A DNA stretch of 64,000 bases, taken from positions 68,572,001-68,636,000 of the forward strand of contig CM126223.1 of the NCBI GenBank assembly GCA_052327205.1, in the 5' to 3' direction. The notes below the pieces were generated by a model. It saw nothing but the letters and a program-made list of their open reading frames with translations, did not search any database and was not told where the DNA came from. Made by a program: the position numbers and the translations under genes. This DNA comes from Somniosus microcephalus. Taxonomy: Eukaryota. Below are positions 35,929 to 50,100 of the stretch, one piece after another; position 1 is the stretch's first letter; every line of letters starts with the position of its first letter.

Positions 35929-38900
35929 GTGCGGAGGCCAATTAAAGAAAACCTTGATTTGAGCATTTAATCATATAACAGAGCACGTTACTTCAAGTAA
36001 ATTTGGAATGTAACGGATGTTAAAACATACCCTTTTTGGCATCTCAGAAGGTGCCTAAAGAAATGATAGTAAACATTCATGATTTCTTAGTTACATTATG
36101 CTGAATGTGTGGGTTAGCTGTGAGTGTCCGTTTTCAGGCCAAGACTCGGTGCTGTGTGACCAGCGCACACCCTAAACAAGAGGCCCAAGGATCGATTTGA
36201 AATTGTTCCTCGGGCCTCATCGGCATGCTTTGCAGCGGCCCTCAGGTAAGTAACGGGAGGGAGGAGGTTTGGAACGGGCTATGGAGGGAGGGCGATCGTG
36301 ACTCCTGTGGAGTTAGGGAAGCACTCCTTCTCTAGCTCCACAAGAATGTTTTGTTTATAAATGAAAAAACATTTTTACCTACCTTTTTGTTAGTGGCTTC
36401 GGGGGCTGTGGAAGAATCCCAAGCGGGATAGGCCTGACTCCTGCTCTGATCATCGCTGATAAATTTCTTGATGGGGGTCCTTTGATAGGTGTTGGGCCCC
36501 TTAAATATGTAAATTAGTGGCCTGTTCGGGCACCTGCCCGGGACACCTGTTTTTAAAAAAAAAAAGGCCCCACGAATTTAGCAGTGGGGCCGATGCCTGA
36601 AATGAATTAGTCAAGAGTTTTATTTATTCTACTTTTCTCCCCCCATTTTACAAGTCCCACCATCATAGCTGATTGTTTCAGCTGAGAAGAATGTTCTAGG
36701 GTTAGTGAAGGCTAACGCTGCTTTATTATTACTGTGCCCAGCAAGATGTGCGCTGTCTGCCAGGCCACCTCAGTTGGAGGATTCTGTTATGTTCTACTCT
36801 GCTTTGCGGTCTGGCTGAGAACGGTTGACGTTCACTCAGTTGAGTGCGGTAATGAGCTGCCAGGCCAGCCTGATTGCCCCGTGATTTGTTTTAAAAGTCC
36901 GAGTGTACCACAGCGTGGAATTATAACCGCAGTCTGCACTTCCCACTTCATCTGTGCTGACTTTGGTGGTACTGAACAAAAGTAAAATGCTTCCTCCACA
37001 AGGCGAGAGTAAAAACTTGCCAAGAGTTACCCTAATCTATTCTTGGTCACCTCCTGCCAACTTGTTCCAGGCTTGAGCCCCAGGAATCAAATAATAGCCC
37101 ATCTTCTTCGCCACGGATGGACAGTGATGTGAGGAGATCTAATAAAGTAGAAAGGAGCAATGATTTTTTTTTTTCTTTAAATATCACCAGAATCCTAAAC
37201 TCCCAATTGATTAGGGTTATAGTGGCCGGTGGAAAGAGGAGTCTGCAGAAATAACCCTTTCAAGTAGCCGGCAGATATTTAGAGGCTGTCGTTCAACATT
37301 GTGAAGTGGCTTTTATGGTTAACTTTTTTTTAAATCGTTGTCCAGAATGTACCTACCTCTAATATAATCGTAGATATGCTTTGTTGACTGGAATGTACAG
37401 GACAATTTTATCCCATTAGATTCTCTAAAATTGAATAACAAACCTTTGCTGTTTGTCCAGTAGGTTGGGTGAATCGTCAGTTGTGACTCGGATCTACTCA
37501 GCTACCAGCATTTTTACTGCCTTTCTGACGGTTTATGCAAAATTGTGGTACTTAGGCAGAAAATGTGGCAAGTGCAGAGATTTCAGGGATTTGTCACTGC
37601 ATGTCACGCCTTGCTAAATCACTTCTCCTATTAATAGAACACCAACTTTACAGCAAAATTTTATGGTGAAAAATGAGAGGCAACTGCTCCATGAATTGCT
37701 TATTCAAGATTGGGCATTTCAGTGGCCGTAAGCTTTGCTTGCTTCCCACAAACTCTGGATCCTTGGCATGCTGGCAAGGCCAAAAATCGTCTTTCCAATA
37801 ATCTTTGTTATAAACTTTTAGTTCAGTCTTCTCTTGCGCTTCTACAATTTCTACTGATTATTTCCCCCCCCCCCCCCCACTGACTGCGAGCTAACCTAAC
37901 TGGCCTGAGGACACACTAATCATAGATTCAAACCATAAAGGGACAATATGTTGTAGAGAACAGGTACATAGGCCCGATAAGAAAACTCTTAACATTTCAA
38001 ATTCCTGTTTTTAATGAGGAATTGTGTAATACTGCACTATATAAAATAAAAAACGACAGAAACCAACAATGGCCAGACTGTTTAGTTAGGACATAAACTA
38101 CCCAAGATGTGATGCAGGGATATTTTTCCCTTGCAATGCGACTATGATGAAGCAATTGGACAACATAATATTTTCACACAATAGTGACATGGGCTCCAAT
38201 GTTCAGTTCAGTAGCCATTGCTATTATCCTATAGGTATCAAAGGAGTGGGTATATTCTTATGTTACACAGCACCAAATGCTCGGAGCTTTCTGAGAGGGT
38301 TACTGAGAAGGAAGGTCAAAAAGATACAGAAAAATGGAAGTAGCTCCCCAGTTTTCAAGTTTAGAGGAATCCATGGGTGGGCGATTGCGGGGGTGGAGTG
38401 GATGAGCTCAATGAAAATGCCATCATCTCATCAGGAGGGAGTGAAGACACAAAGACTTCATTTTTCTTTTAAACAGACAGCTTTCTTATCCCATTTTAGA
38501 AAACCATAATGCACTCGGTGGGTAGATGTTGCTGTGAATGTGATTTGGTCAGAAACAGAGCGCATTCTGAGGCACATAATGCAACTCGGGCAACCTAGAA
38601 GGAAAAGCTCAGCTATCCTGTGTTGTTTTGCTTCTGCCCCCTTAATGTGGAATAGTAGCGGTCAAGGGTGCCACTTTCTGCTGGAATCTAGACAGGGCTT
38701 GCGTTCTGCTTGGCTGAGCCTGTGTCACTGCTCAGTTTGGTGGGGATTCACAGACAGCTAATGTGCGATACAGGCAGCCTTCAGCTGGCCATTATCATTT
38801 GCAGCCCAGATTATTTTATCAAGGGGGGTGGCGGGTGATCAGTGCTGGAAGTTGCCTAATCACGTTATGTCTGCATTACCTTCTATGTGTCAGTGGTCTG

Positions 38901-41900
38901 TAACTACAGAACCAAATTGCCGTAAGACACCTAGATTCATTTAGGTGCCCTGTGAACCCTTGCCTATGAGGTAAAGGCGAGAGAGAGAGAAAAAATTGGA
39001 TTTTACTCACATTGAATCAGCTTTAATTTGCTGCTGGAATACTTGCATGCATAATGAACAGGGATGGCAAGGTGTCATGGACATCCTTCCGTCCCATCTT
39101 ACAATAAACAGCTGTACGTGAAACATCAACATTTCGATCTCTCTGACCTGTCGGCTCGCGTGAAAATTGAAATAATGATAATGTACGCCTCAGACTGCAT
39201 CAAAGTATCAGCACATCAAAGCCAGGAGGCATGAAATGCAAATGATAACATAAAGCAGATGGATTGGGCATGATCGCCGACACAGAATGAATTTCAATAC
39301 AGCTTGAGATAAATACGTTATCCCAGCATTTTTTTTTTGTTCTTGGTTCTGACTCCTGACGATATTTTTTTTTTTCACACTCCAGCAATCACTCGCTCCA
39401 TCTCTTGCGTTTCAGGTCATGTCGGCACAGCTCCGGTGGAAATAATAGGATATAAACTCGGAGGTTGTTATTTGCATAGAAATAGCATGGAGCCCCAGGC
39501 AGTGGAGAGAAGGACAAGGAGATCATTTGTCTAAAATTTTAATGAAAACTTTTGCTGAGGCAGAGGTTTTTCTCCCCCCAACACCACCCTTCCCCCCACC
39601 CCACCCCAACCAACCTCCCCGTCAGTAAATTAACGTGGCTCGACTGTCGAATTAGATGATACAGGGTAAATTGTGATGAAGGAATGCAATAACATGTAAA
39701 TTTCAATTTGGTTGCAATAATAAAAGCTGTATCGGAGGCGGGGGAATGTAACCCTACACTGGTGTCTAACTCAGTGCAACATAACATTTTATTTCTGAAG
39801 GTAGGGACCAGGTTTGCACAAGCTGTATAAAGCAGCAGCAGCCCTGATTGCATTGGCTATGCTTTCAAAGTATCAAAGATTCCATTTTTTTTGCAGCCTT
39901 GTCTCACCTTAGGCACATTTAACCCCACGAGTGCTGAACTAGCTTTGCCGCATGACGTTTTAAATAACGTAGGTTTGCAAAATGTTCATTTGAAGTGCAG
40001 AATTTGATGGTTGAATCAGAGATATATTGGCAAGCAAGTGATTTTTTTTGGTTTTGTTGGTTAGCAGTTAATCTACCTTGCACTTAAAAAAAAAAAAAAA
40101 ATGGCTCCTTACAGATTGTTCCCTGCACTGTATGATCAAACTACTTTAAGGGATACTTTTATAAGAGAGGTTTTCAAATTCGGGTCAGTAGGCTTTAGGG
40201 GTTGCACAAAGGGGCCCAGTTCTGTCTGGGACTGGAAATATTACGCATCGTGAGTGCAGCGTCTTCAGATATCTGTGTTCTATATTTTGTATGTACTTGT
40301 TGACTTATTAGCACATTATTTCAGTTTTATGCTAATAGGAAATGTTTGGTGGTATAGGACTACCATTTTCTTTGCATAGCAGACACTGTTTCAGGCGTTA
40401 AGACCGAGGCTCGCCAAGCATGTGCCAATGTTTTCCGGGGCTTGCTGGAAGTGTCTTTGCGGGGGATTCCAGGAGGTGTGTCAGTATTTGCCTGGGGTCC
40501 CCAAGAGTGTCCATGCTTACAGGAGGTCCTCCAGAAATATTTTCAGGTGGTCTCTGGAAGTATGTCAGTGTTTACAAGCAGTCCCTTCACACACTGAAAA
40601 GTTTGAAAACATTTGCCACACAAGATGCTTTAACACACAATTCGATATCGACCAACCACCTCCCTCAGAGCAGTGTGGCTTGAGGCTTGTGATTTACATG
40701 GTTTGACATCCTGCGACAAATCAAGTGGTTTTTGCAATCTACTGTGACTAGCGCGATTGTATTAACATTTCTTAACGGTCTTGTTTCTCGCACAATCTGG
40801 TCATGATGGCACAGTGCTGCATTCCTATTACTGTCAGTTTAAAAATGTTCCTTCTGAAGCCCCTGTTGTCATCAACCTGCACACCATGGGTGAATGAAGT
40901 ATTGGTTCACCGGAGCTGACAATAGATTACCTAAAAAGCAACTAGACACTCTGTGGTTTCAAGTGGTCAGGCAGTCAACAGTGCCATGATGGGTGAGCAA
41001 GCCCCACCATCCCCCTTGAAGCCAGTGCCTCTTCCTTTTGGCCTCCCAGTATTCAATATAACGATTTGGTACATGAAGATTGATTGATCATAAATTGGTA
41101 GAAATTTCAGAGCGGGTGGAAGCCATTTAGCCTTCCATACCTACACCAGTACGAGCTCCCCCACTAGACCTATCTGCAACAATATTGCTTTTAATGTGGT
41201 AAAACATCCCAGGGAACTTGCTGGAGGTGTATGGAAAACAGACACAGAGCCAAGAGAGTTTACGATGGGTCACCAAAAGCTTGGTCACAGAGATGGGTTT
41301 TAAGGACGGTCTTCAAGGAGGGGAGGAAGTTGGAGAAATGGAGGGGGTTTAGGGAGGGAATTGTAGCAAGTGGGACATAAGCAGCTGAAGGTGTGGCTAC
41401 AAATGGTGGAATAAAGGCAGGAGATGCACAAGAGGCTGGAGTCTGAGGAACGGAGTGGTTGCAGGAGGTTGCATAGATAGGGAGGAGCGACACCATGGAA
41501 GGATTTAAACAAATGGATGAGAATTTTAAACTTGAGGCATTTGGAGTCCAGGAGCCAGAGCGGCTGTAATGGGCAAGTGGTGTGCGATTGAATAGAGTTT
41601 TGTATGAGCTGAAAATTGTGACGGGTGGGAGGCCAGCCAGAAGACCATTGGAGTAATCAAGTCTGAAGGTGACAAAGATGAGGGTATCAGCAGTAGATGA
41701 ACTCCATTTCCATTGATCCATGTACCTGCTCTTTTCCTGTACCAATTAGTATTTTTCTTTTAGTGTTTATCCAATTTCCTCTTAAATGTCATGAATGGCT
41801 TGACTTCAGTAGCCACTTGTGGTAAAGGTTCCCATATCCTGTTAACCATTTGCATCAGAAAAATCTTGCTAATATTATCCTTTTATTCATTTAATGCTAA

Positions 41901-42417
41901 TCTTGAATGTATGCCCCTTTTAATGCATATGGGGAATATTGTTCTCTCTTCCCCCCCCCCCCCAACACCCCCATCAAGCAAATTTTAATTAGGGCTGCTT
42001 TGGATGCTCTCGGCATATCTGTTGGACCTTGCCACCCATTTCTTGCAGAAAATAAATTTCCAGGCCGGTCCATATTATTTCTCAGATTACAACAGTGACG
42101 ACGCTTCCAAAAAGAAGACTTAATTGGCTGTAAAGGGCTTTGGGTAGCCGGAGGGCGTGAAAGGTGCTATATAAATGCACGTCTTTTTCGTTTCCTACTT
42201 TTTCCTGCAACTGCCTTGTAGTTTTCAGCATGCTGTGCCATGGAAAATCACCAGCCCCGGCGATTGTGAGTACTTCACTATGGTTGAGCGTTGAGGTGTG
42301 ATCCATGTAGGAATCACTGCCGTCTTCCACCCGCTGGCTAGCTCTTTCTCTCACCTCCTCTTGGTGCTCCGACTAGTGCTGTCGTTGAGACCAGTCTGGG
42401 AGAAGTTGGAGCATGTA

Positions 42418-42781
42418 TGTTGACGTAAGAAAACTACTAGGTACTTGGTCTAAGCATTAAAGCTTTAATCAACTGTCTTACAACATGGAGGTCTAGTTGT
42501 GTCCTTCACTAGTTCCTGTTAAGAATGTCTTGCGCAAGCTGGGCCCATGCCTGAGTATTTATACTCTCCCTGGACAGTGCCACCCACAGGCTGCTCAGTA
42601 TTATTTCATAAGTCTTTCTTTCATGAATGACTGATTCATGTCATGTCAACTTGGGTTGTCGTAGCCACTGGCTGCCGTGCGGTCACTGCTTTCTTTGTGT
42701 ATGAGTTTGTTTTTCTTCGTGTTTTTGACCTGCTGCACTTGTTATCTTCAGGCAGATGTACTTGCGATTCCTACTTCAACA
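42418..42781 (-). mobile_element. Possible solo LTR
   Basis: tgttga...tcaaca termini; minus-strand TATAAA (~42560) upstream of ATTAAA (~42465); no TSD found. Confidence 0.3.
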
Positions 42782-44589
42782 ACAGCAACGACTTGCATTT
42801 TTATAAACACCTTTAACTAGTACAACATCCCAAGGCGATACCTTGGAATGCTGAGTAAAGAATAGTAAATTAATTGAGAGACTCATCAGTTCAGATGCCT
42901 TCCAGTTGTGTATTTACTTTTTTTTAAGAAAAGGAGAACTTTTTTTCCAAACCCTGTATCCTTTTCATCTCCAAGGCTATTTGATTCCATCTCCTCAATA
43001 TTACCCAACTTTGCGCCTACCTTACCCCACCGCCACTGAAACCCTTACTCATGCCTTCACCTCCTCTGGGTTCTCTTTCTCCGTTACCTTCCTGCTGACC
43101 TCTACCCTCCATAAACTCACCTCCTGTGTTGCTTGGTCCTCTTACTCTGGCCTTCTGTACATCCCCCTATTGGTGGGAGAGTATTTAGCAGCCTCCCTCT
43201 CCACCCTCTGGACCTCTCTTAAACCCTTCTACCACTCTATCTCTCTCTCTCTCTCTTCATCTTAAAAACCCTCTTGACCAAGCTTTTGGTCAGCTCGCTT
43301 AACTCCCATAAAGGTTCAGCATCTGTTCCTTTCTTCCTCTGTGAAGCCCCCTCTCCGTTGAAGGTGCTAAATAAATGCAAGTTGTTTTATTAGATTTTAA
43401 TAACTGCCAATCAAAATGTCAGGTGTGAGCAATTTTGCTGTGGCAGATTTTGTGCAACATGATTTCGTTAGTGCAAGTGAAAGAAAGCCAGCCAATCATG
43501 ACACACCCATTACAATGCTCTTTTAACACTTCTTAAGCAGCTAACAAACCAGTTAACCAATATAAATGACACAAATTCTGTTGATTCAGCTTTGCAGCGC
43601 ACAGGTTTTCAATAAATGACGCAGGTTTAGATACAAGTATGTTTCACTGGAGGTTCTAATTGCATCATTTTTTTTGTTCGTTTTTGGGATGTGGGTGATG
43701 CTGGCGAGGCTGACTTTATTGTCTATCCCTAGTTGCCCTGAGAAGATGATGGTGGGCGGCCTTCTTAAGCTGCTGCAGTCCTTGTGGTAATGATCCACCC
43801 ACAATGGTGTTAAATGGGTAATTCCAGGATATTAACCTAGCGAGGGTGAAGGAATGCCAATATATGTCCAAGTCAGGATAGTGTTATGGGGGAATGTAAA
43901 CCGGGGTTTGTGAGTAAGTAGCATGGCAGTCCTTGATGCACTTGGAGAATGCTTATGGACAAACGTGAAGGAGGGATTCAGGGAACTAATAACTGCTCTC
44001 TGTTCTACATTGAGAGGTGAGTGGGCCTGGTGAGGAGATGGCCTCCAACAATAACAAAACAGAGAAGCACAGGAGCAGGCGGTTGCCATTAGCAGCAGTT
44101 CTGTGCAATCATGTAGCCCTGCAGATGTGGCAGTGGGCATGGCTTCGCAAAGCAATGTCCCCACCGCACCTGCAGCAAAGGAGGAAAGTGCAAGTACGGA
44201 TTTCAGACCTTCTATAACCCATGCAGCTTTTCCGTTAGCTGAGCAGCCACCAACCACAAGGGGAGCACTGAGGAGTGGGGCACCAGCACAAGGCACATAC
44301 AGAAATCCATGATTGAAAGGGGTGACCTGCACCAAAAAAGTTCACTATACATTTGTGCCACATGCAGTGAAGTACAATAAAATAATTTTACTTCAAAATA
44401 TTGTATCAGTTGTCCAAAAGCAAAGCAAACAAATATATCCACTTCTTACCAAAAAGCAAACCAGTACAGAAACTGGTAGTCCTGTGCTTGTAAAAATATC
44501 CAGATCTTCAGTGGCATGCAGCTCGCTCACTCACTCATGTCCATGGTTCAAGCATCTGCAATATTGCTATAGCACCTCAACTGTCTCTT

Positions 44590-46572
44590 GAGATCCTGGT
44601 TCTCCCAGGCGTACCTAAAAATGAGGTGCCAACCTGGGGAAGCTGCAACACAGGACTACATGCATGCTAAAAAGTGGAAGCAGCATGCTATAGACAAGGC
44701 TAACCGATCCCACAATCAACGGATCAGATCAAAGCTCTGCCGTCATGTCACATCCAGCCGTGAATGGCGATGGACCATTAAACAACTAACGGGAGGAGGA
44801 GGCTCCATGAATATCCCCATCCTCAATGATGGTGGAGCTCAGCACGTGAGTGCAAAAGACAAGGCTGAAGCATTTGCAACCATCTTCAGCCAGAAGTGCC
44901 AAGTGGATGAACCATATCGGCCTACTCCTGAGGTCCCCACCATCACAAAAGCCACTCTTTAGCCAACTCGATTCACTCCACGTGATATCAAGAAACGGCT
45001 GAACGCACTGGATACAGCAAAGGCTATGGGCCCCGACAGCATCCCGGTTATCGTGCTGAAGACTTGTGCTCCAGAACTAGCTGTGCCTCTAGCCAAGCTG
45101 TTCGGGTACAGCTACAACACTGGCATCTATCCGACAATGTGGAAAACTGCCCAGGTATGTCCTGTCCACAAAAAGCAGGACAAATCCAACTCGGTCAATT
45201 ACCACCCCATCAGCTACTCTCAATCATCGGCAAAGTGATGGAAGGGGTCATCGACAGTGCTATCAAGCAGCACTTACTCACCAATAACCTACTTACTGAT
45301 GCCCAGTTTGGGTTCCACCAAGACCACTCTGCTCCCGACCTCATTACAGCCTTGGTCCAAACATGGACAAAGGAGCTGAATTCCAGAGGTGAGGTGAGAG
45401 TGACTGCCCTTGACATCAAGGCAGCATTTGACCAAATGTGGCATCAAGGAGTCCTAGTAAAACTGAAGTCAATGGGAATTGGGGGGGAAACGCTCTACTG
45501 GCTGGTGTCATGCCTAGCACAAAGGAAGATGGTTGTGGTGATTGAAGGTCAATCATCTCAGCCCCAGGCCATCGCTGCAGGAGTTCCTCAGGGCAGTGTC
45601 CTAGGCCCAACCATCTTCAGCTGCTTCAAATGACCTACCCTCCAACATAAGGTCAGAAATGGGGATGTTTGCTGATGACTGCACAGTGTTCAGCGCCATT
45701 CACAACTCCTCAGATAATGAAGCAGTCCATGCCCGCACGCAACAAGACCTGGACGACATTCAGGCTTGGGCTGATAAGTGGCAGGTAACATTCGTGCCAG
45801 AAACGTGCCAGGCAATGATTATCTCGAACAAGCGAGAGTCTAACCACCTCCTCTTGACATTCAATGGCATTACCATTGCCAAATCCCCCACCATCAACAT
45901 CCTGGGGGTCACTGTTGACCAGAAACTTAACTGGACCAGCCACATAAATACTGTGGCAACAAGAGCCAGTCAGAAGCTGGGTATTCTGCGACAACTGTCT
46001 CACCTCCTGACTCCCCAAAGCCTTTCCACCATCAACAAGGCACAAGTCAGGAGTGTGATGGAATACTCTCCACTTTCCTGGATGAGTGCAGCTTCAACAA
46101 CACTCAAGAAGCTCGACACCATCCAGGACAAAGCAGCCCACTTGATTGGCACCCCATCCACCACCTTAAACATTCTCTCCCTCCACCACCGGCGCACCGT
46201 GGCTGCAGTGTGTACCATCTACAAGATGCACTGCAGCAACTCGCCAATGGTTCTTCGGCAGCACCTCCCAAACTTGCAACCTCTTCCACCTAGAAGGACA
46301 AGGGCAGCAGACGCATGGAAACACCACCACCTCCAAGTTCCCCTCCAAGTCACAAACCATCCTGACTTGGAAGTATATCGCCATTCCTTCATCGTCACTG
46401 GGTCAAAATCCTGGAACTCCCTCCCTAACAGCACTGTGGGAGTACCTTCACCACACAGACTGCAGCAGTTCAAGAAGGCGGCTCACCACCACCTTCTCCA
46501 GGGCAATTAGGGATGGGCAATAAATTCTGGCCTTGCCAGTGATGCCCACATCCCATAAACGAATAACAAAAA
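44590..46572 (+). mobile_element. 5'-truncated CR1/L2-group LINE with RT pseudogene; an inverted 3' fragment of the same family lies at ~43670-43890
   Basis: GPDSIP, QFGF, ALDIKAAFD, GVPQGSVLGP, FADD; stops at 44960 and 45631, frameshift near 45210; tail gggcaattagggatgggcaataaa. Confidence 0.9.
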
Positions 46573-46784
46573 AATGGCTACATGCATGCAGTCAGTGATG
46601 CCTTATTCAGTGGGGAACCCATTGGTATGGCAAAAGTGTAGCTGCCTCTCCTGCTATGATGTATGTATTTGGGTTCAGTTGCATCTTTAATGGAGTGCTA
46701 GACTCCTGTGATAGCCTTGTGGGCGTCTGGACGGAGCCTGTGGCATAATCTGCATTGCCATTGCTCATGCATTGTGGGTGGCTT

Positions 46785-47160
46785 ACATAGAAACATAGAA
46801 GATAGGAGCAGGAGTAGGCCATTCGGCCCTTCGAGCCTGCTCCGCCATTCAACGAGATCATGGCTGATCATCCAAACCCTAGCACCCGGTCCCTACACTG
46901 ACAGCCATCCCACCCAAGCCCTATCCCCGTAACCCCACGTATTTAATCCCCCCCTAACACTAAGGGCCAATTTTTTATCATGGCCAATCAACCTAACCCG
47001 CACATCTTTGGACTGTGGGAGGAAACCGGAGCACCCGGAGGAAACCCACGCAAACACGGGGAGAATGTCTGTGTGGAGTTTGCACAGTCACCCGAGGCCA
47101 GATTTGAACCCGTATCCCTGGTGCTGTGAGGCAACAGTGCTAACCACTATGCCACCGTGC
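46785..47160 (-). mobile_element. V-SINE (HE1-like), full-length
   Basis: tRNA head gcacggtggcatagtggttagcac...gggttcaaat, V-domain gcgtgggtttcctccgggtgctccggtttcctcccacagtccaaaga, CR1-derived tail. Confidence 0.9.
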
Positions 47161-50100
47161 TGATTATCTTAGCCCAAGTAGACCGCGTCACTCGGAGCCT
47201 CCCCACTGAGCCTGCGCTACTTTTGCACTATGCCCAAATATCCTACTCCAGTGTGGCAATTTGGCTCAATGGCAGCAATCTTGCTGCCGAGTTAGATGGT
47301 CAAGGGTTCAAATTCCACTCCAGAACTTGAGCACATAAGCTAGGCTGACACTTCAGTACAGTATTGAAGAGGTGCTGCATTCTTAGGGGTGCCATCCTTT
47401 GAATGAAATGTTAAGCCAAAGCCCTGTATACCAATTTCTATGTTTAAAAATCCCATGGCACTATTCAAAGAGATGGAGTTCTCGTGTCCTGGCCAACATT
47501 TCTCCCTCAACTATTCATCTTCATTGCTGTTTTTGAGATCTACCCTGCTACAAATTGGCTTCCTTGTTTGCCTCCACAAGAAGTCACTCTATTTCAAAGT
47601 AATTCATCATATGTGAAGTGCTCTGAGACGTTTCTGACAGGTGTGATGAGATGCGATTATAAGTGCAAGTCTTTTTTGTGGTGCATGCAGTTGCCTATGG
47701 TGGTTTGTTCTGAAGTTTGCTTTTTCTATGCCCTCTGTGTGCTGCCTGGCTGTCCTGTCCTCCTCCACCACCAAGACGTAGCCGCTGCAACCATGCTGAG
47801 GGGTTGAAAGCTCCTCTGTACTATTCACCCTGTCAGTGCTTTAGCGGCATTGTAAAAAAAACTTGCCCTTCATTCAGTTGCTTAATGTCAGGTCTGAGTT
47901 TAATTTGAGTACTCGCTTTCATTTATATCCTCCTTGCACAATTCTGCATGATGGGCCTTAACAGGCAAATTTATTTTTTTCCATTAATTTCTGTTGATAC
48001 ACTTTCGGATGAGAGCAAGACTCAGAATAGCAAACCAAAAAATCCTGCACTAATGTTTGTGCACATCTAATTTGACTGACAATTTGCTTAGAATGATCAA
48101 GCATGTGGCCTAGACAAGTCACTCGAGACCTTTCCATTGTTTTGTAATAATGTGGGTGCCAGACCAGTTAGACAGTAAAGCAGCTCTTCACTGGAGACTA
48201 CCCTGTCACAAATCAGCCATCTTTAAGAGGCTGGATTAAAAAAAAACCTATATAATTTTTGTATTTAAATTACTTTTTCGCAGGAGCTACCACCGCCTTT
48301 TCCAAAAAGCCTCCAGCCGTTTAAAACTTTGACACCTGAAGTCTCGTCAGTGTTTAAAATCCGTGTTCAGTGACACTTGCTTCAAAGGCTGCCTGCCTGT
48401 GGAGTCGCCACCTGTACACAGAGAGCACCCCATGTAATTTCCCAGCACGAAATGAATGATCCTCTGTACTAGCAGACGACCAATCCTCAAAGTGTGGTCA
48501 TAAATGACCCCTTCTCTCTCGCATTTCTGCTCGCTTACTTCCACCTGCAGCCTGGAAATTGCTGTTTGCGATATTTGTGTTCATATGATGTTCCTCAGTC
48601 AGTATTGTAATGTGAGCCCTAGCCCATTGAAAATAAATAACTCAATTATAGTGGGAAGGGGGACAAGGACAGAGGGGTGTCGAGCAATCATGTTAAATGT
48701 TGGTATGCTGCTATTGCGACACTAATTTCTGGGATCTTAAGTGACACCCATGGGAGGTTAATGTGGTTGGACGTCTGAAAATCCTATAGGACAATCTTAG
48801 TTTTAATTTGGTGTGGTACAGTATTAATTAAAAATGATGTGTTTAAAAAATATTGAATTTTGCTATACTAGGAACTCTCTCTCTTAACGTGAAAAGCATT
48901 TGACATAACCTGAACCGTGGAGGAGGAAAGAGATGGAGAGAAATGGTTGCTAATGAATTTGGATTCTAATCATAACCGTTCCTCCCTGGCAGGGTGAAAA
49001 ACTTTAAACGGCCTAAGAGCACCTCTGGCTCATTTAAATATCACGGAATGTGGTGTGAAAGCAGCACTGCCTTCAGCTGGAAAACTCTCTTATTTTGGTT
49101 AGATGTCTCTGTTCTACAGCTTTGCATTAGCCCCTAAAATGGGCATCGGGGATTGTAGAGATACAATAAGGGGTAACTTTAATGGATCGGTGCCAGTGGT
49201 TAGAGATGGGTTTATACCCACTATTCCCTGAACAACAATTTCCATCCTTTGTTGTTTTTTGGGGGGTGGGGGGAGGAGGCGGCGGAGAGTGGCATCCACG
49301 TGGATGGATGAAAGCACAGAGGATGAGTTGCCCCTGGCCACTGTCACATGCCTCCTAATGGACAGCTCCAGAATGACACTGATCGATGCCGAGGAGCTGC
49401 ACTCCAGAATTATTTCTCCATAGTGTAGCAAACCTGTCACCGGTTTTACTTTGAAGTACAGAGATGCATTTTGTCTGTCTCACCTCTATTTAGTAATTAG
49501 ATTAGCTGTTATATTTAGAACAGTGAATCCAAGGCTGCTTTGATCCTCAGCTGGGCACATTCATTGTGTGACATGCGACTGAGTCATACCAACCAAGATG
49601 ATCCCAAGTTCTCTCCTTGCTCTCTGCTGGGGTTTGCTGATCTCAGCCAGGGCCATGATGTCGGGCACTACAGTTGGTGTTCACTGTTTAGGAAGCAGAG
49701 GGTCGGGGAGAAAATGGTCAGGGATCCCACTCCTGATTGCTCTCCTCTGACCCCTGCTAGAAAATGTGTGCCCCTGTGGGGAATATCCCTTGCAGTCAGG
49801 ACTGGGCCCAGCTGTAATGCCTCTTTATTGTCTAGGCTCACACATGAAGAGCTGTCACTTGGGTGAGGTACCAAAGGGGCTGCTGGCAACTGTGGAACTG
49901 TAGAATACCATGAGTCCGCATCTTGAGGGTGAGGAAGGGATATGAGGGGAGAGAACGGGCTGGAGCGGCAAAAAAAACTACAAAAGCCTTTTTGTTTTTA
50001 CACGCATGCTCTCTGTATCTGGGATATGTATGAATTTATTTTGCTTTCATTCCGCATAGACTTTTGCAGCCATTGTGCTAAACACCATTACCATTTGAAT

